DNA from: Planctomycetota bacterium
GTDB taxonomy: Bacteria > Planctomycetota > UBA1135 > GCA-002748355
Direction: 5' to 3'
NCBI GenBank assembly: GCA_011321845.1
Contig: DROQ01000199.1
Location: 2,895-66,894 of the forward strand
Length of the DNA: 64,000 nt
Shown: in pieces, positions 9,026 through 18,252 of the stretch
Numbering within the stretch: position 1 is the first letter of the stretch
Layout of the letters: every line of letters starts with the position of its first letter
The notes under the pieces: model-generated
Database searches by the model: none
What the model was told of the DNA's origin: nothing
What the model saw: the letters and a program-made list of their open reading frames with translations, nothing else
Translations under genes and position numbers: made by a program

Positions 9026-12000
9026 ATGAGTATTGCAACGACCCTCGAAGACCTCCGCCTGGCCCTTCTCGATCTGAGCACCCGCAACCGCCTGGTCTCC
9101 TGCCCCCGCCACCGAATGCGCGGCAAGACCATCGAGATCGTGGATGAGAAGAGCAGCGAGATCTTCCGCCTCCTGGTCACCGAGAAGCGCCGCCTGCGTT
9201 TCCTGCCTGTCGCCGAACTGGAGGAGATCGAGGAAGAAGAAGAGGAGGAAGGCGAGGAAGAAAAGGGAGAAGAGCGAGAATCGCCCCGAGAAGCAGACGA
9301 GGATTCTCCGGCCCCGATCCTTCTGCCCTGGGCCGAAGACCCAGAAGAGCCTGAAGAAACCCAAGACCCACAAGCCGAAGCGCCGGAGACCGAACCCCTC
9401 GCCCCCCGGCACCTCGACCTCTTCCTCCAGACGGAACTGACCGAGGCCCAGCTCCAGAAGAAGCTGCTCCAGATGTTCTACGACGCCCGCAGCTTCGAGA
9501 TGGAGCATGGGGTGGGCGCCCTCTACCTGGCCCTCGGTTTTTTGCGCTGGATCGAAGAGGGAGGGAAGGAGCGCTACGCTCCCCTGATCCTGGTCCCGGT
9601 CCAGCTCCTGCGCAAGACGGTGGGGGGGGAGATCCGGCTCGAGTTCGACGAGACGGAGATCGGCGAAAACCTCTCCCTGCGCGAGCGGCTCAAGCGGGAC
9701 TTTGGTATCCTGCTTCCGGAGATGCCCGAGGGGGAGGAGCTGGACCCCTCGGCCTATCTGGCCGGGGTGCGGGACGCCATCGGGGAGCGGGCAGGATGGG
9801 AGGTCCTCGAGGACGACATGCTCCTTGGCTTTTTCGCCTTCGCCAAGTTCCTGATGTTCCTGGACCTCGACCCCGAGCGCTGGCCCGAGCACGCCCGCCT
9901 CGAGGAGAACGGACTTCTGATGGCCCTTCTCGGAGAGGGTTTCGAGGGGGAAGCGCCGAGCTGGCCGGAGGAGGGTTCGCTCGACGAGCGGATCGACCCC
10001 GCCCACGCGGGGCACGTGGTGGACGCGGACGCCTCTCAGGCCATTGCCATCCGCAGGGTCCTGGATGGAGAGAACCTGACTCTCCAGGGGCCTCCGGGCA
10101 CAGGCAAGTCCCAGACCATCACCAATCTCATCGCGGCGGCGGTGCGGGAGGGCAAGCGGGTCCTCTTCGTAGCCGAAAAGGCGGCGGCTCTGCAAGTCGT
10201 GCAACGCAGGTTGGAGAAGATCGGTCTCGGTGAACTCTGCCTCGAGCTGCACAGCAAGAAGGCGCGCAAACGGGTTTTCCTGGAAGCTCTGGGCAGGACC
10301 CTGGAGGCGAGCAGGGCGACCCCGCCGCGGGGCGAGGAGGTGACAGGCGCGCTCGAAGAGGACCGGAAACGCCTGGACCAGCACGTGGAGGCCCTGCACG
10401 GACCGATGGAGCCCGCGGGCCACACGCCCTACGAGATTTTTGGGGCTTTGACCCGGCTCGGGGGCGCGGGGGCGAGGCCGATCGAGGAACTGGAGCTGGG
10501 GCGGGTGCTGGGCTGGCCGGCTGGCCGCCTGGAGGCAGTTCTGGCTCTGCTCGCGGAGATCGAGGAGAGGATCGCGGAGGAGGGGCCGCCTGCTCTGCAC
10601 CCCTGGTTGGGGGTGGGTCGGGAGACCTTTGTCGCCCTGGACCGGCCCAAGTTGGAGGGGATGCTGGCCAAGCTGCGCGCCTCCCTCGAGCGGGCGGAGG
10701 AAGCCGGGCGGGCCTTGGAGGGGGCGCTGGGCCTGGAAGGGAGCGCCAGCCTGGGGGAACTGCGCGGCCGGGCCGAGGACGCCCTCCGGCTTGCCGAGGC
10801 TCCCGAGGGGGATTGGAAAGCGCTTGCCGACCCGCTCTGGCGGGAGGAGCCGGAAAGGCTTCGGCGGCTCCTGGAGACGGGGCGCGCTTTTGCGCGCTCG
10901 CGGGAGCGCCTTTCGGGTCGTCTGGAGCCCATGGCCCTGGGGGGCAGGCCTCAGGAGGCCGAGAAGTTGCGCGAGGATCTGGCGGCCCATGGGCTCCCGG
11001 GCTGGCGGGCGCTCTTTTCGAGCTGGCGGCGGGCCCGGCGCGGCTACCTTGCCCTCTGCCCGCAGGGGCGGGGCTTCAGCTACCGGGCGGCTCTCGAGGA
11101 GCTGGGGATCCTGGCGGCCGCGCGCGAACAACGTGAGGCCCTTTGCACGGGGGACGCCTTCGGCCTGCGGGCCTTCGGGACCCGTTGGAAGGGTTTGGAA
11201 TCGGACTGGGAAGCGCTGGGCGGCTTTGCCGAGGGGATCCTTGCCCTGGCGGAGGGGGTCCGGATCCTCCCCTTTCCCTCCATCCTCGCTGGATTGTCGG
11301 AGCTGGGGGATCTCCCCGACCGGGCCCGGGAAGCTCTTGAGGCCCTGGACGCCTTGGAGAGCCATCTCTCCAACCTGCGGGGATTCCTGGAGCTGGACTT
11401 TGCGCGTTCCCTCGGCGCTCCCGAGCTGTCCCAACTCTCTCTCGCGAGGCTCCGGGGCGCGGTCGAGCGCTGGAGGGCCCAGCTCCCCCTGGTCGAGAAG
11501 GGTATCCTCTGGGAGCGCCGTCTCCAGGCCCTGGTGGAGCTGGATCTGGCCGACCTGGCCGAGTTGCTGCGCCGAGAGTCCTTCGACACGGAGAACCTTC
11601 GGGAGCGCTTCGCCTTCGATTACTACCGGGTCTGGCTCGACGAAGTGTTCCTGCGCCGCCCCGAGCTGGCTCGTTTCGAGGGGCGCCATCACCGCCGGGT
11701 CCAGGAGCGTTTCGGCGAGGAGGACCGCGCCCGGATCGCCCTGGCCCGCGAGGAGGTCCGCGCGAGCCACAGCGCCCGCATCCCCCGCGGGAGCGGGGGG
11801 GCCATGGGCCTCATCCGCCACGAACTCTCCAAGAAGCGCCGTCACCTGCCGATCCGCCGCCTCCTGGAGAAGGCCGGCCCCGCCGTTCAGGAGATCAAGC
11901 CGGTCTTCATGATGAGCCCGCAGTCCGTGGCCCAGTTCCTCCCGCCGGGGGCCCTCCGCTTCGACCTCCTCCTCATGGACGAGGCCAGCCAGGTCCGGCC

Positions 12001-13843
12001 TGTGGACGCTCTGGGCGCCATCGCCCGCGCGGAACAGTGCGTGATCGTCGGGGACGAGTGCCAGCTCCCCCCGACCCAGTTCTTCGAAGCGGTGGAGGCC
12101 GATGAAGACCCCGACGAAGAAGGCCTGGGGAGCGCGCGCGAGCTGGAAAGCGTCCTCGGCCTCTGCACGAGCAAGGGCATGCCCCGGACCATGCTGCGCT
12201 GGCATTACCGCAGCCGGCACGAGTCCCTGATTCAGGTTTCCAACGAAGAGTTCTACGAGGGAGGGCTCAAGATCATCCCCAGCCCGAGACCGGGCGACCG
12301 GGAGCTGGGTCTCAGCTTCCATTTCGTCGAGGGAGGGGTCTTCGGTCGCGGCAAGGACCGCAAGAACCGGGTGGAGGCGGAGGTGGTCGCGGACGCGGTG
12401 CTGGAGCACGCCTGGGCTTTTCCCGAGCTGTCGCTTGGGGTGGGGACCTTCAGCGTCGCGCAGCGCGACGCCATCCTCGACGCCCTGGAGCTGCGCTGGC
12501 GCAAGCACCCCGAGCTGCGGGCCTTCTTCCGCGAAGACCTGGCCGAGCCCTTCTTCGTCAAAAATCTCGAGAACATCCAGGGAGACGAGCGGGACGTCAT
12601 CCTGGTCTCCGTGGGCTACGCGCCCGACGAGGAGGGAAGGCTCGCGATGCACTTCGGACCGGTCAGTCGGGATGGAGGGGAGCGCCGGCTCAACGTCCTC
12701 ATGACGCGCGCCCGAAGGCGCTGCGTGATCTACTCCTCCATCCGGGCCGCGGACATCGACCTGGGGAGGGCCAAGTCCCGAGGCGCTCAGGTGCTGCGGC
12801 GCTTTTTGCAAGAAGCAGAGACCGAGCGAGGATTCCACTCGCCCCGGGGAGTCTCCGAAGGTTCCCTCTCCACTCTCGAGCAGGAGGTGCAGAAGGCCCT
12901 CGAGGCCGAAGGGTTGGAGATCGTCCCCCGGGTCGGGGTGGCCGGCCTCTTCGTGGATCTGGGGGTTCGGGATCCCGAGGAAAGGGGGGCCTTCCTGCTG
13001 GGCATCGAGCTGGATGGGCCGGCCTACCGCGACGCCCCCTGGTCCCGGGAGCGGGACCGCCTGCGCGAGGAGGTGCTCGAGCACATGGGCTGGCGCGTCC
13101 TGCGCCTCTGGTCCGTCGACTGGTTCAAGGACCCCGAGGCCTCCAAGGCCTGGCTGCTCACCAAGGTCCGCCAGGCCGCCGAAGCGAGAAAGCGGGAGAG
13201 GAACCAGCCCCCTCCCCTTCCCGAGGCCAACGAAGTGCCCAGGAAGCAAGAAAAGGAGCCTCACGAAAACACCCGGCGGCCGGCCCCACCCGAACCGCCC
13301 AAGGACCCCTATCAGGTCGCGGAGTTCCCCGTTGGGGCCAACCCCGAACCCCAGACCCTCCCCCTCCAGGAGCGGGCCGAGATCCTTCTGCGGATCCTGG
13401 AGATCGAAGGTCCCATCCACCGCGAGGAGTGTGCGCGCCGTTTCGGCCAACTCTTCGGCAAGACCCGGATGACCAAGAAGATCAGGGAGAGCACCGAGGA
13501 GGCCCTCCGCCAACTCGTCACCGACCGGAGAGCGGTGGAGGAGGGGGCCTTCGTCCGTCCCAAGGGGCCCCCCCGGACCACCATCCGCGACCGCAGCGAC
13601 GCGCCCCCCAGCATCCGCCGCCCCGACGCCCTCCCCCCCTCGGAGATCGACCTCGCCGTCCTCGCCACCGTCCGCGAAAACATCCGCATCGGCGCCAAGG
13701 AACTCATCTCCCTGGCTCTGGACCGCATGGGCATCTCCCGAGCAACCGCCCCCTTCCGCGCCGTCCTGGACAAGAGCCTGGCCCGCCTCGTCGACCAGGG
13801 CCGCCTCGAAGTGCAGGGCAGCTGGATCCAGCTCCCGCGTTGA
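9026..13843 (+). CDS. Giant (1605 aa) DUF4011 / SF1 (Upf1-like, AAA_11+AAA_12) helicase / Vsr-DUF559-like endonuclease / DUF3320 fusion protein
   Basis: The ATG at 9026 lies 5 nt after GGGAGG. The N-terminus MSIATTLEDLRLALLDLSTRNRLV is DUF4011-like. Helicase motifs are Walker A GPPGTGKSQT (10088-10111), motif II LLMDEASQ, and VGDECQLPP, RWHYRSRHESL, QGDERDVILVS and RLNVLMTRARRR. The endonuclease block is FVDLG...LLGIELDGPAYRD...RDRLREEVLEHMGWRVLRLWSVDW (about 12930-13130). The C-terminal tail is winged-helix-like (DUF3320-like). Confidence 0.85.
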   Translation: MSIATTLEDLRLALLDLSTRNRLVSCPRHRMRGKTIEIVDEKSSEIFRLLVTEKRRLRFLPVAELEEIEEEEEEEGEEEKGEERESPREADEDSPAPILLPWAEDPEEPEETQDPQAEAPETEPLAPRHLDLFLQTELTEAQLQKKLLQMFYDARSFEMEHGVGALYLALGFLRWIEEGGKERYAPLILVPVQLLRKTVGGEIRLEFDETEIGENLSLRERLKRDFGILLPEMPEGEELDPSAYLAGVRDAIGERAGWEVLEDDMLLGFFAFAKFLMFLDLDPERWPEHARLEENGLLMALLGEGFEGEAPSWPEEGSLDERIDPAHAGHVVDADASQAIAIRRVLDGENLTLQGPPGTGKSQTITNLIAAAVREGKRVLFVAEKAAALQVVQRRLEKIGLGELCLELHSKKARKRVFLEALGRTLEASRATPPRGEEVTGALEEDRKRLDQHVEALHGPMEPAGHTPYEIFGALTRLGGAGARPIEELELGRVLGWPAGRLEAVLALLAEIEERIAEEGPPALHPWLGVGRETFVALDRPKLEGMLAKLRASLERAEEAGRALEGALGLEGSASLGELRGRAEDALRLAEAPEGDWKALADPLWREEPERLRRLLETGRAFARSRERLSGRLEPMALGGRPQEAEKLREDLAAHGLPGWRALFSSWRRARRGYLALCPQGRGFSYRAALEELGILAAAREQREALCTGDAFGLRAFGTRWKGLESDWEALGGFAEGILALAEGVRILPFPSILAGLSELGDLPDRAREALEALDALESHLSNLRGFLELDFARSLGAPELSQLSLARLRGAVERWRAQLPLVEKGILWERRLQALVELDLADLAELLRRESFDTENLRERFAFDYYRVWLDEVFLRRPELARFEGRHHRRVQERFGEEDRARIALAREEVRASHSARIPRGSGGAMGLIRHELSKKRRHLPIRRLLEKAGPAVQEIKPVFMMSPQSVAQFLPPGALRFDLLLMDEASQVRPVDALGAIARAEQCVIVGDECQLPPTQFFEAVEADEDPDEEGLGSARELESVLGLCTSKGMPRTMLRWHYRSRHESLIQVSNEEFYEGGLKIIPSPRPGDRELGLSFHFVEGGVFGRGKDRKNRVEAEVVADAVLEHAWAFPELSLGVGTFSVAQRDAILDALELRWRKHPELRAFFREDLAEPFFVKNLENIQGDERDVILVSVGYAPDEEGRLAMHFGPVSRDGGERRLNVLMTRARRRCVIYSSIRAADIDLGRAKSRGAQVLRRFLQEAETERGFHSPRGVSEGSLSTLEQEVQKALEAEGLEIVPRVGVAGLFVDLGVRDPEERGAFLLGIELDGPAYRDAPWSRERDRLREEVLEHMGWRVLRLWSVDWFKDPEASKAWLLTKVRQAAEARKRERNQPPPLPEANEVPRKQEKEPHENTRRPAPPEPPKDPYQVAEFPVGANPEPQTLPLQERAEILLRILEIEGPIHREECARRFGQLFGKTRMTKKIRESTEEALRQLVTDRRAVEEGAFVRPKGPPRTTIRDRSDAPPSIRRPDALPPSEIDLAVLATVRENIRIGAKELISLALDRMGISRATAPFRAVLDKSLARLVDQGRLEVQGSWIQLPR

Positions 13844-14179
13844 GGCTTTTTCATTGCTGCTGCGGTTTTGCGAAGGGGACCGAAAAGAAGGTTTTTTCAG
13901 ATCGGGATGCCCTGGTTTTTTCCAATGAGGAACCTCGCCCTGGTAGGTTTCGGGAGGGAGCCTTTTTTCTTCGCCTGGTCATCAAGAGGGTTTGAGGGAC
14001 GAACCCATTGAAGTCGAGGCAACCCCCGGCATTCCGATGGCGCGTGGTAGGTACCAATTCCTGCGGGAGCCTTCGTCCTCAGGGAGGGGAGTCCCTGTGA
14101 ACCCCTGCTTGCCTGGGCTTTTCTTGGGATCTTCTCCCCATGTCCGGGGGCTCCTGCGTTTCTATGAGAACAAAAAGGG

Positions 14180-15274
14180 ATGGGAAGGATGACGACCAGA
14201 AAGGGATCCGAGGGGGGGCTTTTTCGGGACGCTTGTTTCACATCGGGATCCCCACCGCAGGAGGGTCTCCCCACCTTGCACCTCCTGGGAGTGGGCAAGG
14301 TGGGGAAGGCCTTTTTGAGATGCCTCCCGCAACGCTCGTATCGCCTCCTTTGTGTGACGGACTCCAAGGCGAGCCTCTACGAGAGAGGGGGGCTGGATCC
14401 TCTTTGGGTTTTGAGGGAAAAAGCCGAGGGGAAAAGCCTGAAAGGGATCGCGGGTTCCTGGGAGATCGAGACGGAGACGGCCGTCTCCCGGGTCGAGGCG
14501 GACTGCGTCGTGGACTGCACGGCCACGGACCTGGACGACCCCGGGCGCGCCCTGCGGCGGACCCTGTCCATCTTGGAGTCGGGGCGAGCGGTGGTCCTGG
14601 GGGCCAAGGACAGTCTCCTCGCCGACACGGGCGCGTTGCTGGAGCCGAGGTTTCGAGGGCGGTTGGGAATCCACGCTTTGCTCGGGGGAACGGGGTGGAA
14701 CCTGATGGAGGAGCTGGACGAACTGCGGGCGTCTTGCGCCGAAATCGTCGCGGTGCCGAACGCGACGACGACCCTCTTGGTGCAAAGCATCGAGGAGGGC
14801 CTCGACTTTGAGGAGGCGACCCGGAGGGCTGGAGAGGAGGGTCTCCTCGAGCACGACCCCGCGCAGGACCTCGAGGGCAAGGACGCGGCGCTCAAGCTCT
14901 CCATTGTCGCGCGCGCGGTGTTTGGATCGGAGGTGGACTTCGACGCGATCTCGCGGCCATCGGCGGGGGAGCTGGACCCGGGAATGTTGCGCGGGCGGAG
15001 GGAGCGGGGTTTTACCACGAGGCTGGTCTGCAGGGCGAAGCCGGGAGGGACTCTGCACCTCGGCTACGAGGAGATCCCGCTCGATTCCAACCTGGCGATC
15101 CCCTGGCGGAACGTGGCCTATGGCTACCGGCTGCGTAGGGGTGAGTTGCGCCTGCACCTGGGAAATGGGGTGGGTCCCGCAGCGACGGCGCAGGCGCTCC
15201 TCGAGGACCTGGATCGCCTCTTTGGCAGGGGAAACGCCCATGGCCCGCCTCCTCCGCCAAAGAGGGGATCCTAA
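14180..15274 (+). CDS. Homoserine dehydrogenase-family oxidoreductase
   Basis: It has a GxGxxG motif (LLGVGKVGKAF) and an HSDH catalytic-domain signature (VPNATTTLLVQSIEEGLDFEEATRRAGEEGLLEHDPAQDLEGKDAALKLSIVARAVFG). The start is uncertain, either 14180 or 14189. Confidence 0.6.
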   Translation: MGRMTTRKGSEGGLFRDACFTSGSPPQEGLPTLHLLGVGKVGKAFLRCLPQRSYRLLCVTDSKASLYERGGLDPLWVLREKAEGKSLKGIAGSWEIETETAVSRVEADCVVDCTATDLDDPGRALRRTLSILESGRAVVLGAKDSLLADTGALLEPRFRGRLGIHALLGGTGWNLMEELDELRASCAEIVAVPNATTTLLVQSIEEGLDFEEATRRAGEEGLLEHDPAQDLEGKDAALKLSIVARAVFGSEVDFDAISRPSAGELDPGMLRGRRERGFTTRLVCRAKPGGTLHLGYEEIPLDSNLAIPWRNVAYGYRLRRGELRLHLGNGVGPAATAQALLEDLDRLFGRGNAHGPPPPPKRGS

Positions 15275-15514
15275 GCGTCTCCTTCGGCGTTTTCCCCAGG
15301 GTTGGATGGAGGTCACCCCAGGGGTTTCGGTGGGAGTTCTGTTGGATTGGGATTCCAGGGTCCCTTGGACCGCGTTTCAAGGGGCTCTGGAAGAGGCCTG
15401 CAAGGGACCTGGCGGCCTGCCATGCGATCGGGCATGGACCCTGACATGGGGAGTATGGGAGCTTGGCTCTCTGTGATTGGGCACGCCAGCGATCAGGCAT
15501 GCCAGGAAAAGGAA

Positions 15515-15591
15515 TGGTGGGCGATACTGGACTCGAACCAGTGACCCCTAGCTTGTCGAGCTAGTGCTCTAACCAACTGAGCTAATCGCCC
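15515..15591 (-). tRNA. tRNA-Val (anticodon GAC), CCA encoded, with unusual C at position 33
   Basis: The reverse complement folds by hand as GGGCGAT-TA-GCTC-AGTTGGTTA-GAGC-A-CTAGC-TCGACAA-GCTAG-GGGTC-ACTGG-TTCGAGT-CCAGT-ATCGCCC-A-CCA. All four stems are perfect. Confidence 0.85.
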
Positions 15592-15743
15592 TTATCAAAA
15601 AAAACTCCCTTTGAAAGGGGGCGCAAAGAAGTACCCGAGCGCGAGTGGGAGTGCAAGGAAAAACCCAGGTTTCAGAAGCGTTGCAAGTTTGGGGGTAAAC
15701 TGGATACTAGGGTCCGCGTGGACGCCTCCCCCTCCCTCCTCGC

Positions 15744-16451
15744 TTGGATCTTTTCGAATCGCGAACACCTCCCAACATGGCTCTATCTCTGGATGTTCCA
15801 CTCCCCCGCTCCGGGCTGCCGACGCGCCTCGAGTTAGGCGGGTTGCAATGGTTTTTTGAACGCACTCCCAATGGCGTGCGCGGTCTCGCGCTGGGCTCCG
15901 AGCCCCGCTGGAAGGGCTGGCTCGGCCTCCCCGAAGGGGAGGGTTGCCTGCGGGTCTCCATCCGCTGCCCGGGATGGCCGCTGGAGTTGGCCTTCGAGGA
16001 GGAGATCCTGCTGGCCCCGGGGGGGCGGCTGCGGGCCTGGGTGCGCTTCCCCATGGAGCAGCGGGTGGAGCTGGTCCGGGGAGGTGAATGTCTGGAGCTG
16101 TTCCGTCTCCCGGAGGAGGGGCTGCGCACAGCCTGGGGGGAGAACGGGGGATATTTCCACCCCTGGAAGTCTTCGCTCCGGGTGGGGACCCGCCCCGATC
16201 CGAAGCGCGGCGGCCCGGGGCTCTGGTGCCGGATCTACCTGGCGAATGAGGGCCGGCGGACGGCCCGGGTGGAGACGCTCCGCTTGGACGCGGGCAAGGG
16301 GGGCTTGCGGGAGATGGGGGGGCTGTATCTCCTGGCTCCGCTTCGCTGGGTTTTTGGCAGTGGCTCAGCTCCACAAAGGCGCGCCTGGGAGCGACATTCT
16401 CAGGAGCGACAGAATGGGGAGGGCCCTGGGATCCGAAAGGGGAGGATGTGA
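15744..16451 (+). CDS. Hypothetical protein (235 aa), no family recognised
   Basis: This long ORF has a coding-like composition. Its stop overlaps the GTG start of the next gene (ATGTGA at 16446-16451). The start could instead be the Met at 15777. Confidence 0.5.
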   Translation: MDLFESRTPPNMALSLDVPLPRSGLPTRLELGGLQWFFERTPNGVRGLALGSEPRWKGWLGLPEGEGCLRVSIRCPGWPLELAFEEEILLAPGGRLRAWVRFPMEQRVELVRGGECLELFRLPEEGLRTAWGENGGYFHPWKSSLRVGTRPDPKRGGPGLWCRIYLANEGRRTARVETLRLDAGKGGLREMGGLYLLAPLRWVFGSGSAPQRRAWERHSQERQNGEGPGIRKGRM

Positions 16452-18121
16452 AGCGAGTTCTCTTGATCCTTGCCCTGCTTCCACTCTCCTGCGTCCTTCC
16501 CTCCGACCGAAACCGGGGGAATCCGGGCGAGGCGGAGGCCTTGGCGCGTCTCCAGATGGAGCGGGTGGTGAAGGAGCGCGAGACCGCCCGGCTCCGCGCC
16601 GAGCTGGCGCAGCTTCGCGAAAAACTCCAGGCACGGGAGCGGGCGGAGCGAGAGCGGAGGCAAGCAGAGGAAAAGGCCAAAGAAAAGGCCCGCCTCGACG
16701 CACGTTTCGCCGAGGTTTTAGACAAGCTGGGGGAGATGGGCGAAGGGATGCAGGAGAAGCTGCGAGGGGAGCTCGGCGCCCAGCTCCAAAAGGTTCAGGA
16801 GGCTTTTGCGGAGAGCCGGCGGCTCCTTGTCCAAGGCTTCGAAAAAAAGGTCCAAGGCTTCGAAAAAAAGGTCCAGGGCTTCGATCAAAAGCTCGGAGGG
16901 CTCGACGCAAAACTCGAACAGCTCGATGCGCGGTTCGGAGGATTGGGCCGCAGGCTCGAGGCCTTGGAAAGAGCCTTCCAGAAAGAAAAAGCCTGGGGCA
17001 ATAAGCGGGAGAAAGAGCCTTGGAAGGCGGAACTGAGGGAGTTGTCCGTTTCCATGGCCAAGGGCCGGGCTGCGGCCACGCAGGAGCGCAAGCAGTTCGA
17101 GCAGGGGTTGCTGCAGAAGATCGAGCGGCTTGAGGCCCAGACCCAAAAGCTGGAGAAAAACCTCGAGCAAAGGTTCAAGGAGATCCACGAGAGAACGGCC
17201 CCCGCTCCCCAGGTGGACCTCGAGGCCAAACTCCGGTCGGCCCTCGAACCCCTCCAGGATCGGATTCGGCGGTCCGAGGCCCTGGGGAAGAGGAGGGTCG
17301 AGGACCTGGATCTCAAGGTGACCGCGCTGGGAAGGGCGGTGGATTCTCTGGTGGAGGCGGTCCGCGCCCTCCGCGCCCAGGCGGCGCGCAAGGGGCGAGC
17401 GTCGAGGGAGAGGGGCACCACGGTTCCAAGAAAGAACGGAAAGAATGAGACCATGCCCTCCAAGGCCGGAGCCCTTCCCTCCAAGCCTCCCAAAGGGGGC
17501 AAGGTTCCCCAGGGCACAAAGGCATCCAAGAGCCCCAAGCCCTCCAAGACCGGTCCCAAGGTTCCTGGGGTCCGTGGACCCGACCCCAAGTCTCCCGCTC
17601 CCATTCGCCGTCGCAAGGCGGGGCTACCGAGTTTCGGGGAGGGGGACAGTTTCTTCGAGCGTCCCGAATACTGGGTTCCCAGCCTGTTGCTCCTTCTGCT
17701 CCTTTTCGTCCTGCTGGGGCGGAGACCGAGGACTCTCCCCGGGGAAGGAAGAGACTGGGATGCTCCGAAGGCGCCGGCCCGCCCAGGCGACCGCAGGATG
17801 GAGGCCAACGAGGGCGAAGCGCTCGCGCCTCTTCCCAGGCCCGGAAGGGCGGACAGTCCTGGTTCTCCTTCTCCGATGCACATCGCTCTTCGCATCTTGC
17901 CGGAGGAACTGGCGCCCCAGGGGGAGGAGGCGGTGCGGGCCTTCCTCGCCTCCGAGTCCTGCGTTCTGGTCCGACCCGAACCGCGGGTGGACCGGCGCCG
18001 GGACGGGAGCCTCTCTCTGCGCTTTTATGTCCCAGGAAACCTCCCAGCCCATCGTCGCCGGGAATTGCGCGAGCGCTGCCAGAGCCTGGCCATGGGAGAG
18101 ATGTCCTTTCCCTCGAATTGA
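16448..18121 (+). CDS. Lipoprotein with a long coiled coil, a Lys/Pro-rich tract, one TM segment and a C-terminal globular tail
   Basis: It has a GTG start and a lipobox signal MKRVLLILALLPLSC. Heptad-rich E/K/R/L/Q sequence runs for about 300 aa. A hydrophobic span PSLLLLLLLFVLLG lies near residue 420. Confidence 0.6.
   Translation: MKRVLLILALLPLSCVLPSDRNRGNPGEAEALARLQMERVVKERETARLRAELAQLREKLQARERAERERRQAEEKAKEKARLDARFAEVLDKLGEMGEGMQEKLRGELGAQLQKVQEAFAESRRLLVQGFEKKVQGFEKKVQGFDQKLGGLDAKLEQLDARFGGLGRRLEALERAFQKEKAWGNKREKEPWKAELRELSVSMAKGRAAATQERKQFEQGLLQKIERLEAQTQKLEKNLEQRFKEIHERTAPAPQVDLEAKLRSALEPLQDRIRRSEALGKRRVEDLDLKVTALGRAVDSLVEAVRALRAQAARKGRASRERGTTVPRKNGKNETMPSKAGALPSKPPKGGKVPQGTKASKSPKPSKTGPKVPGVRGPDPKSPAPIRRRKAGLPSFGEGDSFFERPEYWVPSLLLLLLLFVLLGRRPRTLPGEGRDWDAPKAPARPGDRRMEANEGEALAPLPRPGRADSPGSPSPMHIALRILPEELAPQGEEAVRAFLASESCVLVRPEPRVDRRRDGSLSLRFYVPGNLPAHRRRELRERCQSLAMGEMSFPSN
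16829..16891 (+). repeat. In-frame 21-bp tandem repeat x3 (VQGFEKK heptads) inside the coiled-coil gene
   Basis: gtccaaggcttcgaaaaaaag occurs twice exactly, at 16829-16849 and 16850-16870. A degenerate third copy lies at 16871-16891. Confidence 0.85.
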
Positions 18122-18252
18122 GGGGAAAGCTTTGGGACCAAGGGTCGAATTTCCCCGGAACTTGGCTAAGATTTTTCGCCTTTTCCGAGGGGAGATCGTC
18201 CTCCTCTCGATTGGCCCGCAAAGCGCACTTTTGAAACCCGTGGAGGGTAGTG

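Noticed and set aside
8978-13513. 1511-aa ORF on the minus strand, antisense to the helicase gene
   Set aside because: The translation is Pro/Gly/Arg/Leu-rich low-complexity sequence with no motifs, and it lies entirely opposite a motif-rich gene. Stop-free antisense frames are expected at this GC content.
15592-15625. Hairpin followed by a T8 run on the minus strand immediately upstream of the tRNA 5' end, read as a possible terminator
   Set aside because: Only about 4 bp can pair once a viable loop is allowed. It is more likely just an A/T-rich tRNA promoter-proximal region.
9026-18121. High-GC horizontally acquired island flanking the tRNA-Val (helicase, HSDH-like gene, orphan pair)
   Set aside because: Hand counts of single 60-nt lines gave 73-78 percent GC here, against 50-58 percent at 4.0 kb and 40.8 kb. 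One narH line also gave 75 percent and an ald line 67 percent. The contrast is therefore not specific. A proper sliding-window GC and codon analysis is needed before claiming an island. No integrase or direct repeats of the tRNA 3' end were seen.
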